Source: Longimicrobiales bacterium
GTDB taxonomy: Bacteria > Gemmatimonadota > Gemmatimonadetes > Longimicrobiales > RSA9
Length of the DNA: 56,995 nt
Direction of reading: 5' to 3'
NCBI GenBank assembly: GCA_039912685.1
Contig: JBDSPG010000045.1
Location: forward strand, 1 to 56,995
The notes under the pieces are model-generated. The model did not search any database and was not told the DNA's origin. It saw nothing but the letters and a program-made list of their open reading frames with translations. Position numbers and translations under genes: made by a program. Shown one piece after another: positions 1 through 10,535 of this stretch (position 1 is the stretch's first letter; every line of letters starts with the position of its first letter).

Positions 1-671
1 TCCGTGACTTCTTCCGGGCGTTCGTCGATCAGCAGGACGATGAGGTGTACTTCGGGGTGGTTCTCGACTATGGCGTTCGCCATCTTCTGCATCAGGATCG
101 TCTTACCGGCCTTTGGCGGTGACACGATCAGACCGCGCTGTCCCTTGCCGATCGGTACTGCCAGATCCATCAACCGCATTGAGATGTCACCCGCGGCGTT
201 CTCCAGATGCAGGCGCTCCTCAGGATAACGCGGACGCAGATTGTCGAACGCAATGCGATGCTTCGCCTTGTCCGGCTCGTCCATATTGACTTGCTCGACC
301 TTCAGAAGCGCGAGATAACGCTCTCCCTCCTTCGGCGGCCGAACCTGGCCCATCACTGTATCACCTGTGCGCAGATCGAACCGCTTGATCTGCGACGGGC
401 TTACGTAAATGTCATCCGGCCCGTACAGGTAGTTCCAGTCCTGCGAACGCAGGAAGCCATACCCTTCGGGCAATATTTCAAGCACACCCTCGCCGCGCAG
501 CACGACATCGCTGTCCAGCAGGTTCTGCTCGATACGGAAGATTAAGTCCTGTTTGCGGAGGCCTGAGTAGTTGGTGATGTTGAGCTCTTCCGCCATCTCG
601 TGCAGCTCGGCGGCGTATTTACTCTTCAGTTCCGCGATGTCCACGTTTGTGTTCACGTCGGTTTTTACCAT
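1..671 (-). CDS. rho: Transcription termination factor Rho, N-terminal ~223 codons (3' end lies beyond window start)
   Basis: Runs off the edge, so it is absent from the ORF track. Minus-strand translation from ATG (plus-strand cat 669-671) reads [52 protein letters not shown]...[33 protein letters not shown]...[23 protein letters not shown]. This covers the Rho N-terminal and RNA-binding domains plus Walker A. Confidence 0.93.
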   Translation of the reverse strand, partial: MVKTDVNTNVDIAELKSKYAAELHEMAEELNITNYSGLRKQDLIFRIEQNLLDSDVVLRGEGVLEILPEGYGFLRSQDWNYLYGPDDIYVSPSQIKRFDLRTGDTVMGQVRPPKEGERYLALLKVEQVNMDEPDKAKHRIAFDNLRPRYPEERLHLENAAGDISMRLMDLAVPIGKGQRGLIVSPPKAGKTILMQKMANAIVENHPEVHLIVLLIDERPEEVT

Positions 672-855
672 TTTTGAGCTTGATGAACGGACAGGCGAGC
701 GCAATCGTTCAATTGGATCAGGATAGGACACGACATGCTGATTCGACTGAGTGCAGTCGGCGCGCGGCTCGCGCTCCTAGTACAGCGGGAGGTCCATTTT
801 GTCGTGGGTGAACGAGCACAGTGTAGCATCCCCCAGGGACGCGGTCAAGAGCGGT

Positions 856-1803
856 TCAGAGGACGAACTTCAATGGATTCTTCTTCGCTTCAATGATGAG
901 CGAATCCAGTTGCGCCTTCACACCTTGAAGTGACTTCAGAAGCGCGGAATCCGCACTCATCCGGTGCAGAGTGCCGTTCTCGGTGTTCACCATTTCCAGG
1001 AGCTTCCCGATCGCAGCGGAGAGGCGTTCGGCGTTGCCCTGCATGTGTTTGAGTGATGGCGCGGCTGCGCGCTGGGCACCCGTGAGGTTGGCGGTGGCGC
1101 GGCTGAACGCAGGACCGAGTTCACGGGCCGAACGCTGCAGTGAAGTCAGGTCATTCCTGAATCCGGGGTCCGCCATGAAGTCTGCCGCGGCACCGTTCTG
1201 CAATGCCCCCATGATGTCCGCGACCTGTGCCTGAGCCACCGACATGTTCTGCATGACCGGGGCAAGGGACTTCAAGCGTGCCCGGCCCGCCCCGCCCAGC
1301 GCGGCGATTTCGGTTCTCGCGGAATCGAACGCAGCTCCGATCAGGGTCAATTTCTCGTGCAACCGCGGAATGGTGACGAGCTCGGCGAGGAACAACGTAT
1401 CGTTGGGACCGATGACAGGAAATGCGGCGGTGCCCACGGAGATATCAATTACGGGTGCGCCGATGATGCGAGCGGACGTGACCCGGATGTGGCTGTCTTT
1501 GCGCACCTCGTCGCGCAACTTGTGAGGAAATCGAAGTGTTGCGGCGATATGCGCGAGGCTGTCACCGCGGAACGGCATGAAGCCGACACTGATGACCTCA
1601 CCGACATGCTTGCCGCCAATCCAGACTTCTGCGCCGGCCGCGAGCTTGGGCGCTTCGGGGAGCACCGCCACAATCTCATCCTGATCCTGCAGTGCGGCGA
1701 CGAACGCGTCCATGAAGAAGAGGCCGATGCCGAATACGGTCATACCGAGGATGATGAGTCCGCCGAGAAGCATGTCCCGCCGCTGTCGTTCGAAGGCTGC
1801 CAT
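856..1803 (-). CDS. MlaD/MCE-family protein (single N-terminal TM helix plus MCE domain)
   Basis: 315 aa. N-terminal TM LLGGLIILGMTVFGIGLFF followed by an MCE-like core (VAVLPEAPKLAAGAEVWIGGKHVGEVISV) and a long helical tail. ATG confirmed at 1803. Confidence 0.7.
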   Translation of the reverse strand: MAAFERQRRDMLLGGLIILGMTVFGIGLFFMDAFVAALQDQDEIVAVLPEAPKLAAGAEVWIGGKHVGEVISVGFMPFRGDSLAHIAATLRFPHKLRDEVRKDSHIRVTSARIIGAPVIDISVGTAAFPVIGPNDTLFLAELVTIPRLHEKLTLIGAAFDSARTEIAALGGAGRARLKSLAPVMQNMSVAQAQVADIMGALQNGAAADFMADPGFRNDLTSLQRSARELGPAFSRATANLTGAQRAAAPSLKHMQGNAERLSAAIGKLLEMVNTENGTLHRMSADSALLKSLQGVKAQLDSLIIEAKKNPLKFVL

Positions 1804-1863
1804 GCTATGTTAGCCTTGAACCGCGTGGCGGCATGATGGCGGAATGGAGGCGACGGCGGCAAC

Positions 1864-2676
1864 ATGATTCGACTGGGCCACATCGACTACAGCAACTGCT
1901 TTCCGGTGCACGCACGTCTGCTTGCGGAGCAGACGCCGGCGGACGTGCAGATTCTGACGGGCGTTCCGGCCGTCCTGAACCGAGCGCTCGCAGCGGGCGA
2001 AATCGACGTCGCCCCGTGTTCGAGCATTGAGTATGCGCGACATGCTCCCCACTACCGCATCCTGCCTGATTTCGTCATTGGCTCCGATGGCCCGGTCCAG
2101 AGTATCCGCTTCGACGCGTCCATCGCGCCAGAGCGGCTCGATGGTGCGACCGTCTTTGTTACCGACTCGTCTGCCACATCCGTAGTACTGCTTCGGATCC
2201 TGCTCGAGCGCTGCTGGGGTGTAACGCCGAATTTCGAGACGTTCGACCAGACGCGATCCGACCCGCTCCGTGGTGGCGCCGCGGCAGCCCTTTTCATTGG
2301 CGATGTTGCACTGCTCCGATCCGTCGATGCCGCCCGCTTCACATTCGATCTCGGCGAAGAGTGGACCCGGTGGACCAATCTCCCGTTCGCGTTCGCCGTA
2401 TGGCAGGCACGAACCGGTACATCAACCGACGAGCTCGCGCGACTCACAACACTGCTGCAAGACTCACGCGAGTACTTCCGGCAGAACCGCACTGACCTCG
2501 CTGAGCGCTTTGCTCCGCACTTCCACATCGACCCGCAACGGCTGCTCCGCTATTGGGATTCCCTGCGCTACGACCTGGATGAGAGCATGCGAGCGGGCCT
2601 TCGCCATTTCCTGGCACTGGCCGCCGAGCTCGGTGAAGCACCGCCGGTACCACAGCTCGAATTCGTGACCGTATGA
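1864..2676 (+). CDS. mqnA: Chorismate dehydratase MqnA-family protein (futalosine menaquinone pathway)
   Basis: 270 aa. The N-terminus MIRLGHIDYSNCFPVHARL..., VPAVLNRALAAGEIDVAPCSSIEY and LPFAFAVW are typical of the MqnA/MqnD periplasmic-binding-fold family. Confidence 0.7.
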   Translation: MIRLGHIDYSNCFPVHARLLAEQTPADVQILTGVPAVLNRALAAGEIDVAPCSSIEYARHAPHYRILPDFVIGSDGPVQSIRFDASIAPERLDGATVFVTDSSATSVVLLRILLERCWGVTPNFETFDQTRSDPLRGGAAAALFIGDVALLRSVDAARFTFDLGEEWTRWTNLPFAFAVWQARTGTSTDELARLTTLLQDSREYFRQNRTDLAERFAPHFHIDPQRLLRYWDSLRYDLDESMRAGLRHFLALAAELGEAPPVPQLEFVTV

Positions 2677-2767
2677 CGCAACCCCCGCGCCACGAGCCGG
2701 AAGCGCCGCTGCAAAATCGGACAGGTGACTCTGGACCGCACTACCGCTGCAGCCCTACTCTGTTCTC

Positions 2768-3547
2768 ATGAGCACCCTTGAAAACCCGGTGGCCTGGGTC
2801 GGTCGGGCCGCGATTCGTTCGACGAGCGGGATAGGCCGTTTCGGCACATTCAGCCTGCGGTTCGCGCGGTCCTTCCGGGACGTCGGGACGTGGGCCCGCC
2901 TCGTCGTCATCCAGATGGCAAAGCTGGGCGTGCAGTCCCTTCCCATCGCCCTCTTCATTGCCGTGTTCACCGGCGCAGTCCTCGCGCTGCAGGCGTCCTA
3001 CACGTTCTCGGGGACGGTACCCAAGTATTTCGTCGGTGCACTTGTCGGCAAGACGATCATCCTCGAGCTGGGTCCGGTGCTGACAGGCCTCGCGCTGGCG
3101 GGTCGCGTCGGCGCCAATATCGCGGCCGAAATCGGTACCATGCGCGTCACCGAGCAGATCGATGCGCTCGAAACGCTGGGCTATGATCCTGTGGCGTATC
3201 TGGTGGTTCCGCGAGTCGTAGCGGCCACGCTGATGTTCCCGGTTGTCATCGCGTTCTCGGACGCCGTCGGCATTGCGGGCGGCTGGGTCACGTCGATCAA
3301 CCTCCTGGACATGTCGACACAGGAGTTCGTACGTGGCCTGCGCCTGTTCTTTGTTCCATTCGACGTCCAGTTCTCGCTAATCAAGGCGGCATCGTTCGGT
3401 CTGGCTGTCACTCTCATCGGATGCTTCTACGGATTCGCGACGAGCGGGGGCGCGGACGGTGTCGGGCGGTCCACAACGCAGGCAGTCGTGGTTGGCAGCA
3501 TGATGATTCTCGTGCTCGACGCGTTCTGGGCGGTTGCGCTGCTGTGA
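2768..3547 (+). CDS. mlaE: Mla/ABC transporter permease MlaE
   Basis: 259 aa polytopic membrane protein. LELGPVLTGLALAGRVGANIAAEIGTMRVTEQIDALETLG is the conserved MlaE core. Confidence 0.85.
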   Translation: MSTLENPVAWVGRAAIRSTSGIGRFGTFSLRFARSFRDVGTWARLVVIQMAKLGVQSLPIALFIAVFTGAVLALQASYTFSGTVPKYFVGALVGKTIILELGPVLTGLALAGRVGANIAAEIGTMRVTEQIDALETLGYDPVAYLVVPRVVAATLMFPVVIAFSDAVGIAGGWVTSINLLDMSTQEFVRGLRLFFVPFDVQFSLIKAASFGLAVTLIGCFYGFATSGGADGVGRSTTQAVVVGSMMILVLDAFWAVALL

Positions 3548-3554
3548 TGACGCG

Positions 3555-4301
3555 ATGAGCATCGAGCTGCGCAACGTGCGCAAGGCATTCGGCGATCGCG
3601 TGATCCTCGACGACATCTCGCTCACTGTGAACGATGGTGAGACGCTTGCCGTCATCGGATACTCGGGCGTCGGCAAGTCGGTCCTGCTCAAGAGTATTGT
3701 CCGGCTCCTCGAGCCGGATGCCGGCGACGTTATTGTCGATGGCGAAACGGTGGCTGAGCTGCATCGCGACGCGCTCTATGACTTACGACGTCGCATTGGG
3801 TATGTGTTTCAGTTCGCTGCACTCTTCGATTCGATGACCGTGTTCGACAACGTGGCGATGGGGCTGCAACGCATCAACACACCGCAGGACGAGATCGTGG
3901 AGCGCGTACGGCAGTCGCTCACGCTGGTCGAGATGAACGGGTTCGAGGACAGACTGCCCGCGCAACTGTCGGGCGGCCAGCGCAAACGCGTCGGTCTCGC
4001 TCGCGCCATCGCGACACGACCGAAGTACCTGTTGTATGATGAGCCGACGACCGGGCTCGATCCGGTGACGACGGCTGTCATTGGTGAGCTCGTAATGCGG
4101 ATGGCGCGCGAGCTGAATGTGACGAGCATTGTTGTCACGCATGACATGAAGAGTGCGTATCGGATTGCAGACCGCATCGCGATGCTGTACAAGGGCCGTA
4201 TCCGCTTTGTCGGAACGCCGGCCGAAATCCAGCAGTCCGAGGACCCTGTCGTACGCGGTTTTGTCGAGGGTATACCAGAGTTGGCCCAGGAGGCCGCATG
4301 A
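3555..4301 (+). CDS. mlaF: Mla/ABC transporter ATP-binding protein MlaF
   Basis: Walker A GYSGVGKS, signature LSGGQRKRVGLARA, Walker B LLYDEPTTGLD. The track start 3534 is TTG inside mlaE; the in-frame ATG at 3555 (MSIELRNV) is preferred. Confidence 0.88.
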   Translation: MSIELRNVRKAFGDRVILDDISLTVNDGETLAVIGYSGVGKSVLLKSIVRLLEPDAGDVIVDGETVAELHRDALYDLRRRIGYVFQFAALFDSMTVFDNVAMGLQRINTPQDEIVERVRQSLTLVEMNGFEDRLPAQLSGGQRKRVGLARAIATRPKYLLYDEPTTGLDPVTTAVIGELVMRMARELNVTSIVVTHDMKSAYRIADRIAMLYKGRIRFVGTPAEIQQSEDPVVRGFVEGIPELAQEAA

Positions 4302-5287
4302 AGGGACGTAACGAGGTGGTCGTCGGCGCAGTCATCCTGCTCGGCATCCTGCTTGTGATCTTCGGCACGGTGTGGATGAAGGGACTGAAGCTAGGCGCGG
4401 AGGAGCGCACGATTCAGGCGCGCTTCAATGAAGTCGGTCTGCTTCGGAATGGCGGCAAGGTGAAATTCCGCGGCGTGCCGATCGGCCGTGTTGAAACGGT
4501 TGAGCTCGATGACCGCGGACAGGGCGTGATCGTGACCATGACGATCGACGCGGACGTGAAGTTGCCGGCGGAGCCCGTTGTCATTCTCGCGCCCGAATCG
4601 ATGTTCGGCGATTGGATGGCCGAGATCTCACCACGCGCGAGCCATCCGCTCTACAAGTATGCGGAGCCCCATGGTGCCAACGTTCTGCCTGGCTACACGC
4701 TGCCTGATATATCGCAGCTCACGGCCGTCGCGGATGAAATCGCGCAGAACCTGCGCACGATTTCGGCGCGCTTCGAGATCGCATTCACGGAAGAGACTGC
4801 GAAGAATGTGAGTGAGGCGATCGAGAACATTCAGCTCGTCAGCGAGCAGCTGACGGGGTTGGTAGGCAGTCAGTCGAAGGCAATCGATGAAGTTGCACGC
4901 AACCTGGCAGAGACATCGGCATCAGCGGGAGAAGCAGCGGAAACGATGAACCGCGCGTTTGCTGAGGTAGAATCCGCGGTTGGCGGTGGCAAGCTCACGG
5001 GCATCGTCGAAAATGTGCAGCGCACCACAGCGCGCACCGACTCACTCACATCGATCCTCGTGACGAGTGCGCGCGACCTGCAGCGCGTTGCAAACAGTGC
5101 CGACACCACGTTCCGCGCAATCGGCACCATCGCGCAGCGGATTCAGCGCGGTGAGGGTTCAGTTGGCCGGCTCCTGCGCGATACTACGCTCTATCTCGGA
5201 TTGTCGGAGAGCAGCATGCAGCTGCAGGCGCTGTTGAAGGACCTGCGCGAGAACCCACGCAAGTATATCAATCTGCGGGTGTTCTAG
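4298..5287 (+). CDS. MlaD/MCE-family substrate-binding protein
   Basis: 329 aa. TM VVGAVILLGILLVIFGTVW followed by an MCE core (VGLLRNGGKVKFRGVPIGRVETVEL). ATGA overlap with the mlaF stop. Confidence 0.8.
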   Translation: MKGRNEVVVGAVILLGILLVIFGTVWMKGLKLGAEERTIQARFNEVGLLRNGGKVKFRGVPIGRVETVELDDRGQGVIVTMTIDADVKLPAEPVVILAPESMFGDWMAEISPRASHPLYKYAEPHGANVLPGYTLPDISQLTAVADEIAQNLRTISARFEIAFTEETAKNVSEAIENIQLVSEQLTGLVGSQSKAIDEVARNLAETSASAGEAAETMNRAFAEVESAVGGGKLTGIVENVQRTTARTDSLTSILVTSARDLQRVANSADTTFRAIGTIAQRIQRGEGSVGRLLRDTTLYLGLSESSMQLQALLKDLRENPRKYINLRVF

Positions 5288-5302
5288 CATGCGCGGCAGC
5301 TC

Positions 5303-6535
5303 ATGGCGCTGATCGTCAGCAAGTTCGGCGGTACATCGGTCGGCACACCCGACCACATTCGCAGAGTTGCAGCGCGGCTCGTCCGCTCGCGGAAGGAGGG
5401 GAACCAGGTGCTCGCGGTCGTGTCGGCGATGGGTGACACAACAGACGATCTGATGTCCCTCGCACTGTCTGTAACGCCGGATCCGAGACGCAGACATCCG
5501 CGCGAGCTCGACATGCTGCTGACATCAGGTGAGCGCATCGCGATGGCACTCACAGCGATGGCGATTGCTGACCTCGGCGTGGATGCAATCAGCCTCACGG
5601 GATCGCAGGCCGCAATCATCACCGATGAAACGCATACCGGCGCGCGCATCACGGAGGTGCGAACAGAACGGCTGCGTGAAGAGCTCGATGCCGGCCGCAT
5701 TGTGATTGTCGCGGGATTCCAGGGCGTGAGCCGCACCCACGAAGTGACTACGCTCGGACGCGGCGGATCCGATACCACGGCTGTTGCGCTCGCCGCTGCA
5801 TTGCGCGCCGATCGCTGCGACATCTACACGGATGTGGACGGCGTCTTCACGGCCGATCCGCGTAGCGTGAAGGACGCGCGGATGATTCCTGAGATCGATT
5901 ACGAGGAGATGATCGAGCTGGCCTCGGCAGGCGCGCGGGTGATGCACCCACGCGCAGTCGAGATCGGCGCGCGCTTCAACGTCCCGATCCGCGTGCTTTC
6001 GTCTTTCCGCGACAACGATGTGATCGGAACGCTCATCACAAAGAGGACCGACATGGAACAGGTTGCACTGACGGGTCTCGCATCGCAGAAGGGGTATGCA
6101 CGGCTGGTCCTCCACGGAGTGCCCGCCAATCTCGATGCCATGGGGGCATTGCTTACGGCGCTCGCGGCGAACGGTGTTTCCGTCGACTTCTTCAATTACG
6201 CCGACTCCCTCGACGGCGTGCGTCAGCTACAGGTGACGATCCCGCAGGATGACGCGGAAACGGCTGGTAAGGTAGCCCGGGATATCCTCGGCGAAGGGGG
6301 CCTGCGGGACATCGAGGTGCGGTCGGACCTCAGCCGCGTGACGCTGGTCGGGGGCGGGATGGCCGGGATTCCAGGTGTCTACGCCCGGGCGGTAGAGGCA
6401 CTACGTGGTGAGAACATAGACATTTACGGGTTCTCCACGAGCGCCATGTCGATCTCGGTCCTGGTCGATGCTGAAAAAGAGGAGCGGACCTTGCAATTGC
6501 TCCATACCGCATTTGATCTCTCGGCGGCTGGTTGA
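5303..6535 (+). CDS. lysC: Aspartate kinase
   Basis: 410 aa. [13 protein letters not shown] kinase N-terminus, [25 protein letters not shown]-terminal ACT repeats. Confidence 0.92.
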   Translation: MALIVSKFGGTSVGTPDHIRRVAARLVRSRKEGNQVLAVVSAMGDTTDDLMSLALSVTPDPRRRHPRELDMLLTSGERIAMALTAMAIADLGVDAISLTGSQAAIITDETHTGARITEVRTERLREELDAGRIVIVAGFQGVSRTHEVTTLGRGGSDTTAVALAAALRADRCDIYTDVDGVFTADPRSVKDARMIPEIDYEEMIELASAGARVMHPRAVEIGARFNVPIRVLSSFRDNDVIGTLITKRTDMEQVALTGLASQKGYARLVLHGVPANLDAMGALLTALAANGVSVDFFNYADSLDGVRQLQVTIPQDDAETAGKVARDILGEGGLRDIEVRSDLSRVTLVGGGMAGIPGVYARAVEALRGENIDIYGFSTSAMSISVLVDAEKEERTLQLLHTAFDLSAAG

Positions 6536-7530
6536 TGAAAGTAGCCTTGCTCGGCGCCACAGGCGCCGTTGGTCGTACAATGTTGCAGGTCCTGTCGGAG
6601 CGGTCGTTTCCCGTCGATGAGCTGGTCCTCCTGGCGTCCCCCAGGTCGGCCGGCGCTCGCATCGCGTGGAGCGGGCGTGACTGGGCAGTGCACGCCCCCG
6701 AACCCGGCGTATTCGCCGATTGTGACGTCGCCCTCTTCTCGGCGGGCGCCGCGCGGAGCCGTGAGTGGGCTCCTGTCGCCGCGGCTGAGGGCGCTGTCGT
6801 CATCGACAATTCATCCGCATTCCGCATGGATGCAGACGTGCCGCTCATTGTACCGGGCGTCAATTCGGCGGCCATGGACGATCGGCCCCGGAGCATCATC
6901 GCGAACCCCAACTGCGCGACCATCCAGCTTGTTGTAGCGCTCGCCGCTCTTCACCGCGCGGGTACGCTACGCCGCGTCAGTGCCACCACATTCCAGTCGG
7001 TATCGGGTGCGGGGCAGAAGGGGATCGCGGCGTTGCGCGAGGAGCTTGCTGGCGGAATCGCAGAGGAGACGCCGTTCGTCGCGAATATCGCCGGCAACGT
7101 GATCCCGTTCATTGGACCGCGTGCCGCTGACGGATGGAACGAAGAAGAGACCAAGGTCCGCGAAGAGACGCGAAAAATTCTCGGACTCCCGCGTCTTCAC
7201 GTGACCGCCACATGTGTGCGTGTACCGGTCGAAGTCGGTCATTCGGTGTCGGCGGTCGTCGAGCTGGAGAATCCGCTCTCGATGGCGGAAGCCGTCGCAG
7301 CGCTTCGCGCACAGCCGGAGACGATCGTGTACGAGGGTGCGGAGGACCCGCTCCCGCGCAGCACCGCTGGTACGGATGCAGTGCGTGTCGGACGCGTGCG
7401 CGTTGATCCCGATGACTCACGCATCGTTCACATCTGGGTTGTGGCCGACAACCTGCGAAAGGGCGCGGCGACCAATGCCGTGCAGATCGCGGAAGAGCTC
7501 GTACGTCGTGATATGCAGGTGCGAGCATGA
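6535..7530 (+). CDS. asd: Aspartate-semialdehyde dehydrogenase
   Basis: [20 protein letters not shown]-binding motif, active-site NCATIQLV, SVSGAG. The track start 6532 is TTG; ATG 6535 overlaps the lysC stop (TGATG). Confidence 0.92.
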   Translation: MKVALLGATGAVGRTMLQVLSERSFPVDELVLLASPRSAGARIAWSGRDWAVHAPEPGVFADCDVALFSAGAARSREWAPVAAAEGAVVIDNSSAFRMDADVPLIVPGVNSAAMDDRPRSIIANPNCATIQLVVALAALHRAGTLRRVSATTFQSVSGAGQKGIAALREELAGGIAEETPFVANIAGNVIPFIGPRAADGWNEEETKVREETRKILGLPRLHVTATCVRVPVEVGHSVSAVVELENPLSMAEAVAALRAQPETIVYEGAEDPLPRSTAGTDAVRVGRVRVDPDDSRIVHIWVVADNLRKGAATNAVQIAEELVRRDMQVRA

Positions 7531-8009
7531 ACGAGCGATCGCGTGGACGGCCGGCCGGACAGGGCCGCAGAGCGCGACGCACGCGGATCGAGACAAGCTC
7601 CGGGGGTGTCGTGTATCGTCCGTTCGCTGCCGAGCCGCACGTGCTGCTCATCCGGGACCCGTACAACAACTGGGGCCTGCCAAAGGGTCACATTGAGGGC
7701 GGCGAAACGCCCGAGCAGGCCGCGGTCCGTGAGGTCGAGGAGGAAACCGGCCTGACCGCACTCGGTGTGGTTGCGCAGCTGCCCACGATTGACTGGTATT
7801 TCCGTGATCGCGGCAAACTCGTTCACAAGTTCTGTCACTTCTTCCTGCTCGAGTCCGCGGACGGCGATACTGCGCCGCAGCTCGATGAAGGGATTACGGA
7901 ATGCACATGGCTGCCATGGCATCAGGCGCTTGAACGCGTCAGCTATGCAAACGCACGCGATGTGATTCGTACCGCGGGCGATCGGCTCGGCATACGTCTC
8001 TCGGCCTGA
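7527..8009 (+). CDS. NUDIX hydrolase
   Basis: Nudix box GHIEGGETPEQAAVREVEEETGL. ATGA overlap with the asd stop. Confidence 0.85.
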   Translation: MNERSRGRPAGQGRRARRTRIETSSGGVVYRPFAAEPHVLLIRDPYNNWGLPKGHIEGGETPEQAAVREVEEETGLTALGVVAQLPTIDWYFRDRGKLVHKFCHFFLLESADGDTAPQLDEGITECTWLPWHQALERVSYANARDVIRTAGDRLGIRLSA

Positions 8010-8016
8010 GGCTACC

Positions 8017-9312
8017 ATGACAGAATCCGACGCGAAGGGGCGCTTCAAGGCGCCGGAGTGGGCGTGGATCTATGCCGCGATCGTTGTCATGGTTGCAGGG
8101 GTCTGGCTGCGCACGCTTGCCGTCGTACCGACATCTCCCGGTCCATTCCTGGGACCCGTCATCGCGTTCGCACTGCTTATTGCACTCCTCCGTCCGTTCA
8201 CAGGTACAAAACGGCACCGCACCCTCATCATTGCCGTGACCGGTATCATGGTGTTGTGGTTGCTGCGTTCGCTCGGGTCGATTCTCGCCCCGTTCATTGT
8301 CGCGTTCGTCATTGCCTACATCCTGCATCCCGTGGTCGACAAGCTCGAAAAGCGCGGCATGCCGCGACTCGCTGCCGTTGCCGTGCTCATGGTGCCGATC
8401 CTTGCGGCCATCGTGCTCGTTCTCGTCTTCGGCCTCCCGGCACTCGCCGCTCAGATCTCATCGCTCATCGACAGACTGCCCGAAGCCGTGCAGCGCATGA
8501 ACAACGCGCTCGATGGGTTCCGCACGAAGCTCGCCCATTCCAATCTGCCATTCATCAATGGCGACCGGATGTCCGCGCAGCTCAGCATCGATGAAGAGAA
8601 GGTCGCCGCGTTTATTTCGAAGCAGCAGGCGGAAATCGCATCGCGCGCGTGGAGTGCTGTACTCGGTGTCGGAAAGGGCCTGTCGTTCCTGCTCACGATG
8701 GTCGGATATCTCGTGCTGACACCCGTGCTGATCATCTATCTGCTGAATGACTACCGCACAGGTACTGTCAAGGTGCGTGACATGATTCCACTGCCGCACC
8801 GCGCGCGTTGGATGGCGTTCTTCACCGAGTTCGATGACCTGCTCTCACGGTTCCTGCGCGGACAGGTCATTGAAGCAGTACTCGTCGGCATCCTGACGTG
8901 GCTCGGTCTGCTCGTCCTGGGCGTTCCCTATTCCGGTCTCGTCGGCACCGTCGCCGGCGTGTTCAATCTCATTCCATACCTCGGACTGGTTGTGAGCATC
9001 CTTCCCGTCATCATCATCGCGGTGCTGAGCGGAGACTTCGTGTCCGTCGTCGCAAAATCAGGTATCGTCTTCTTCATCGTGCAGCTGATCGACAGCACCA
9101 TTACGGGTCCGCGCATTGTCGGCGGATCGATCGGCCTGCATCCGGTGATCGTGATTCTCGCGCTGGCCGTGGGCAGCTCATACTTCGGGTTCGTCGGCCT
9201 GCTCCTCGCCATGCCCGCCGCGATCCTGCTCAAGCTCCTGGTCCGTGACGCTGTCGCGCGGTACAAAGCCTCGCGACTCTATCTCGGCGAGCCGACTGCC
9301 GAAGGCGAATAG
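8017..9312 (+). CDS. AI-2E family transporter (PerM/UPF0118-type permease)
   Basis: 431 aa, about 8 TM helices. FLRGQVIEAVLVGILTWLGLLVLGVPYSGLVGTVAGVFNLIPYLG is typical of this family. Confidence 0.78.
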   Translation: MTESDAKGRFKAPEWAWIYAAIVVMVAGVWLRTLAVVPTSPGPFLGPVIAFALLIALLRPFTGTKRHRTLIIAVTGIMVLWLLRSLGSILAPFIVAFVIAYILHPVVDKLEKRGMPRLAAVAVLMVPILAAIVLVLVFGLPALAAQISSLIDRLPEAVQRMNNALDGFRTKLAHSNLPFINGDRMSAQLSIDEEKVAAFISKQQAEIASRAWSAVLGVGKGLSFLLTMVGYLVLTPVLIIYLLNDYRTGTVKVRDMIPLPHRARWMAFFTEFDDLLSRFLRGQVIEAVLVGILTWLGLLVLGVPYSGLVGTVAGVFNLIPYLGLVVSILPVIIIAVLSGDFVSVVAKSGIVFFIVQLIDSTITGPRIVGGSIGLHPVIVILALAVGSSYFGFVGLLLAMPAAILLKLLVRDAVARYKASRLYLGEPTAEGE

Positions 9313-9415
9313 CCGCAAGCCGCATCCGGGGGGTGAGCGGACGGCCGCCTTCTTGCGCGCCGGTTCCAGCCCACGCTACGATCCGCGCCTTCATGAACCA
9401 AACGAAGGAAATGCA

Positions 9416-10438
9416 GTGAATCAGGCAGAACCCAAAGATATTACGATTATCGGCGGCGGACCCACAGGCTGCTTCGGCGCATTCTACGCCGGCCTGCGCG
9501 GCATCTCCTGCCGCATCATCGATTCGCTGCCGGAGCTCGGCGGTCAGCTCACGGCACTCTATCCCGAAAAATATATTTATGACGTCGGTGGGTTCCCGCG
9601 TATTCTCGCACGTGATCTTGCAGGCAATCTCGCGGAGCAGGGCACACAGTTCGGTGCGGATGTACGACTGGAGGAACAGGTCCTCGAGCTCGAATCCGAC
9701 GGCGATGATTACGTCATCGTAACCGACAAAGGTCGTTATCCAACGAAGACTGTGCTCATTGCCGGCGGCAAAGGCGCGTTCTCTCCGCGTGTACTCGAGT
9801 GCCCCGGCTATGAACCGCTGCTCGGCAAGGGCATCACACATCATGTGAAGGATCCCGCGCACTACGAGGGACGCTCCGTGCTCATCGTCGGCGGTGGTGA
9901 CTCAGCAGTGGACTGGGTGCTCAATCTCAAAGGCAAGGCGAAGCGTCTCATTCTCATCCATCGCCGTGATGGATTCCGTGCACACGCCGCTTCCATGCGC
10001 GAGCTCACTGCGGCCGTCGAGGCCGGCGAGATCGAGCTGCTCACGCACAAGGAAGTGCGCGATGTCCATGGCGATGCATGCGTGACCGGCGCCACCATCT
10101 TCGACAACAAGACCCAGGAAGAGACCACGTTCGAGGTCGATGCCGTCCTCGCGCTCATCGGTTTCAAGCCCGACCTCGGGCCCATTGCACGCTGGGGCAT
10201 CGAGCTCGAAAAACACTCCATCAAGGTCGATAACCGGCTCCAGACCAACCGCCCCAAGGTGTACGCTGCCGGTGACCTCGTCTCCTATGAAGGCAAGATC
10301 GAGCTGATCGTCACCGGTTTCAGTGAAGCCGCCATGGCCGTCAATCACGCTGTACACGACATCAATCCGACCGCCCGCTACAACCCCGGCCACTCGACGA
10401 ACCTGAAGATCTTCAAGGAGCGTGAGGAGACGGAGTGA
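9416..10438 (+). CDS. Ferredoxin-NADP+ reductase, thioredoxin-reductase-like type
   Basis: ITIIGGGPTGCFGAFYAG (FAD), LPELGGQLTALYPEKYIYDVGGFP, VLIVGGGDSAVDW (NADPH), and no CxxC. The track start 9245 (GTG) overlaps the upstream gene; the in-frame GTG at 9416 is preferred and the start is uncertain. Confidence 0.78.
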   Translation: MNQAEPKDITIIGGGPTGCFGAFYAGLRGISCRIIDSLPELGGQLTALYPEKYIYDVGGFPRILARDLAGNLAEQGTQFGADVRLEEQVLELESDGDDYVIVTDKGRYPTKTVLIAGGKGAFSPRVLECPGYEPLLGKGITHHVKDPAHYEGRSVLIVGGGDSAVDWVLNLKGKAKRLILIHRRDGFRAHAASMRELTAAVEAGEIELLTHKEVRDVHGDACVTGATIFDNKTQEETTFEVDAVLALIGFKPDLGPIARWGIELEKHSIKVDNRLQTNRPKVYAAGDLVSYEGKIELIVTGFSEAAMAVNHAVHDINPTARYNPGHSTNLKIFKEREETE

Positions 10439-10535
10439 ACATACGTTTGAAACCATGGGTGGCACATTTCCTGTATCCCCCTGCAGACGCCGTGCGCCCG
10501 ACCGCTGTGGCGTTCTCTCTCTTGAATCGTGGATC

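Noticed and set aside
4-545. Plus-strand ORFs 4-228 and 207-545
   Set aside because: They are antisense to a clear Rho coding sequence. They are Arg/Cys/Ser-rich, typical of shadow ORFs in high-GC DNA.
9245-9415. N-terminal extension of the FNR-type reductase ORF
   Set aside because: It overlaps the 3' end of the AI-2E transporter gene. The Rossmann GGGPTG motif follows directly after the in-frame GTG at 9416.
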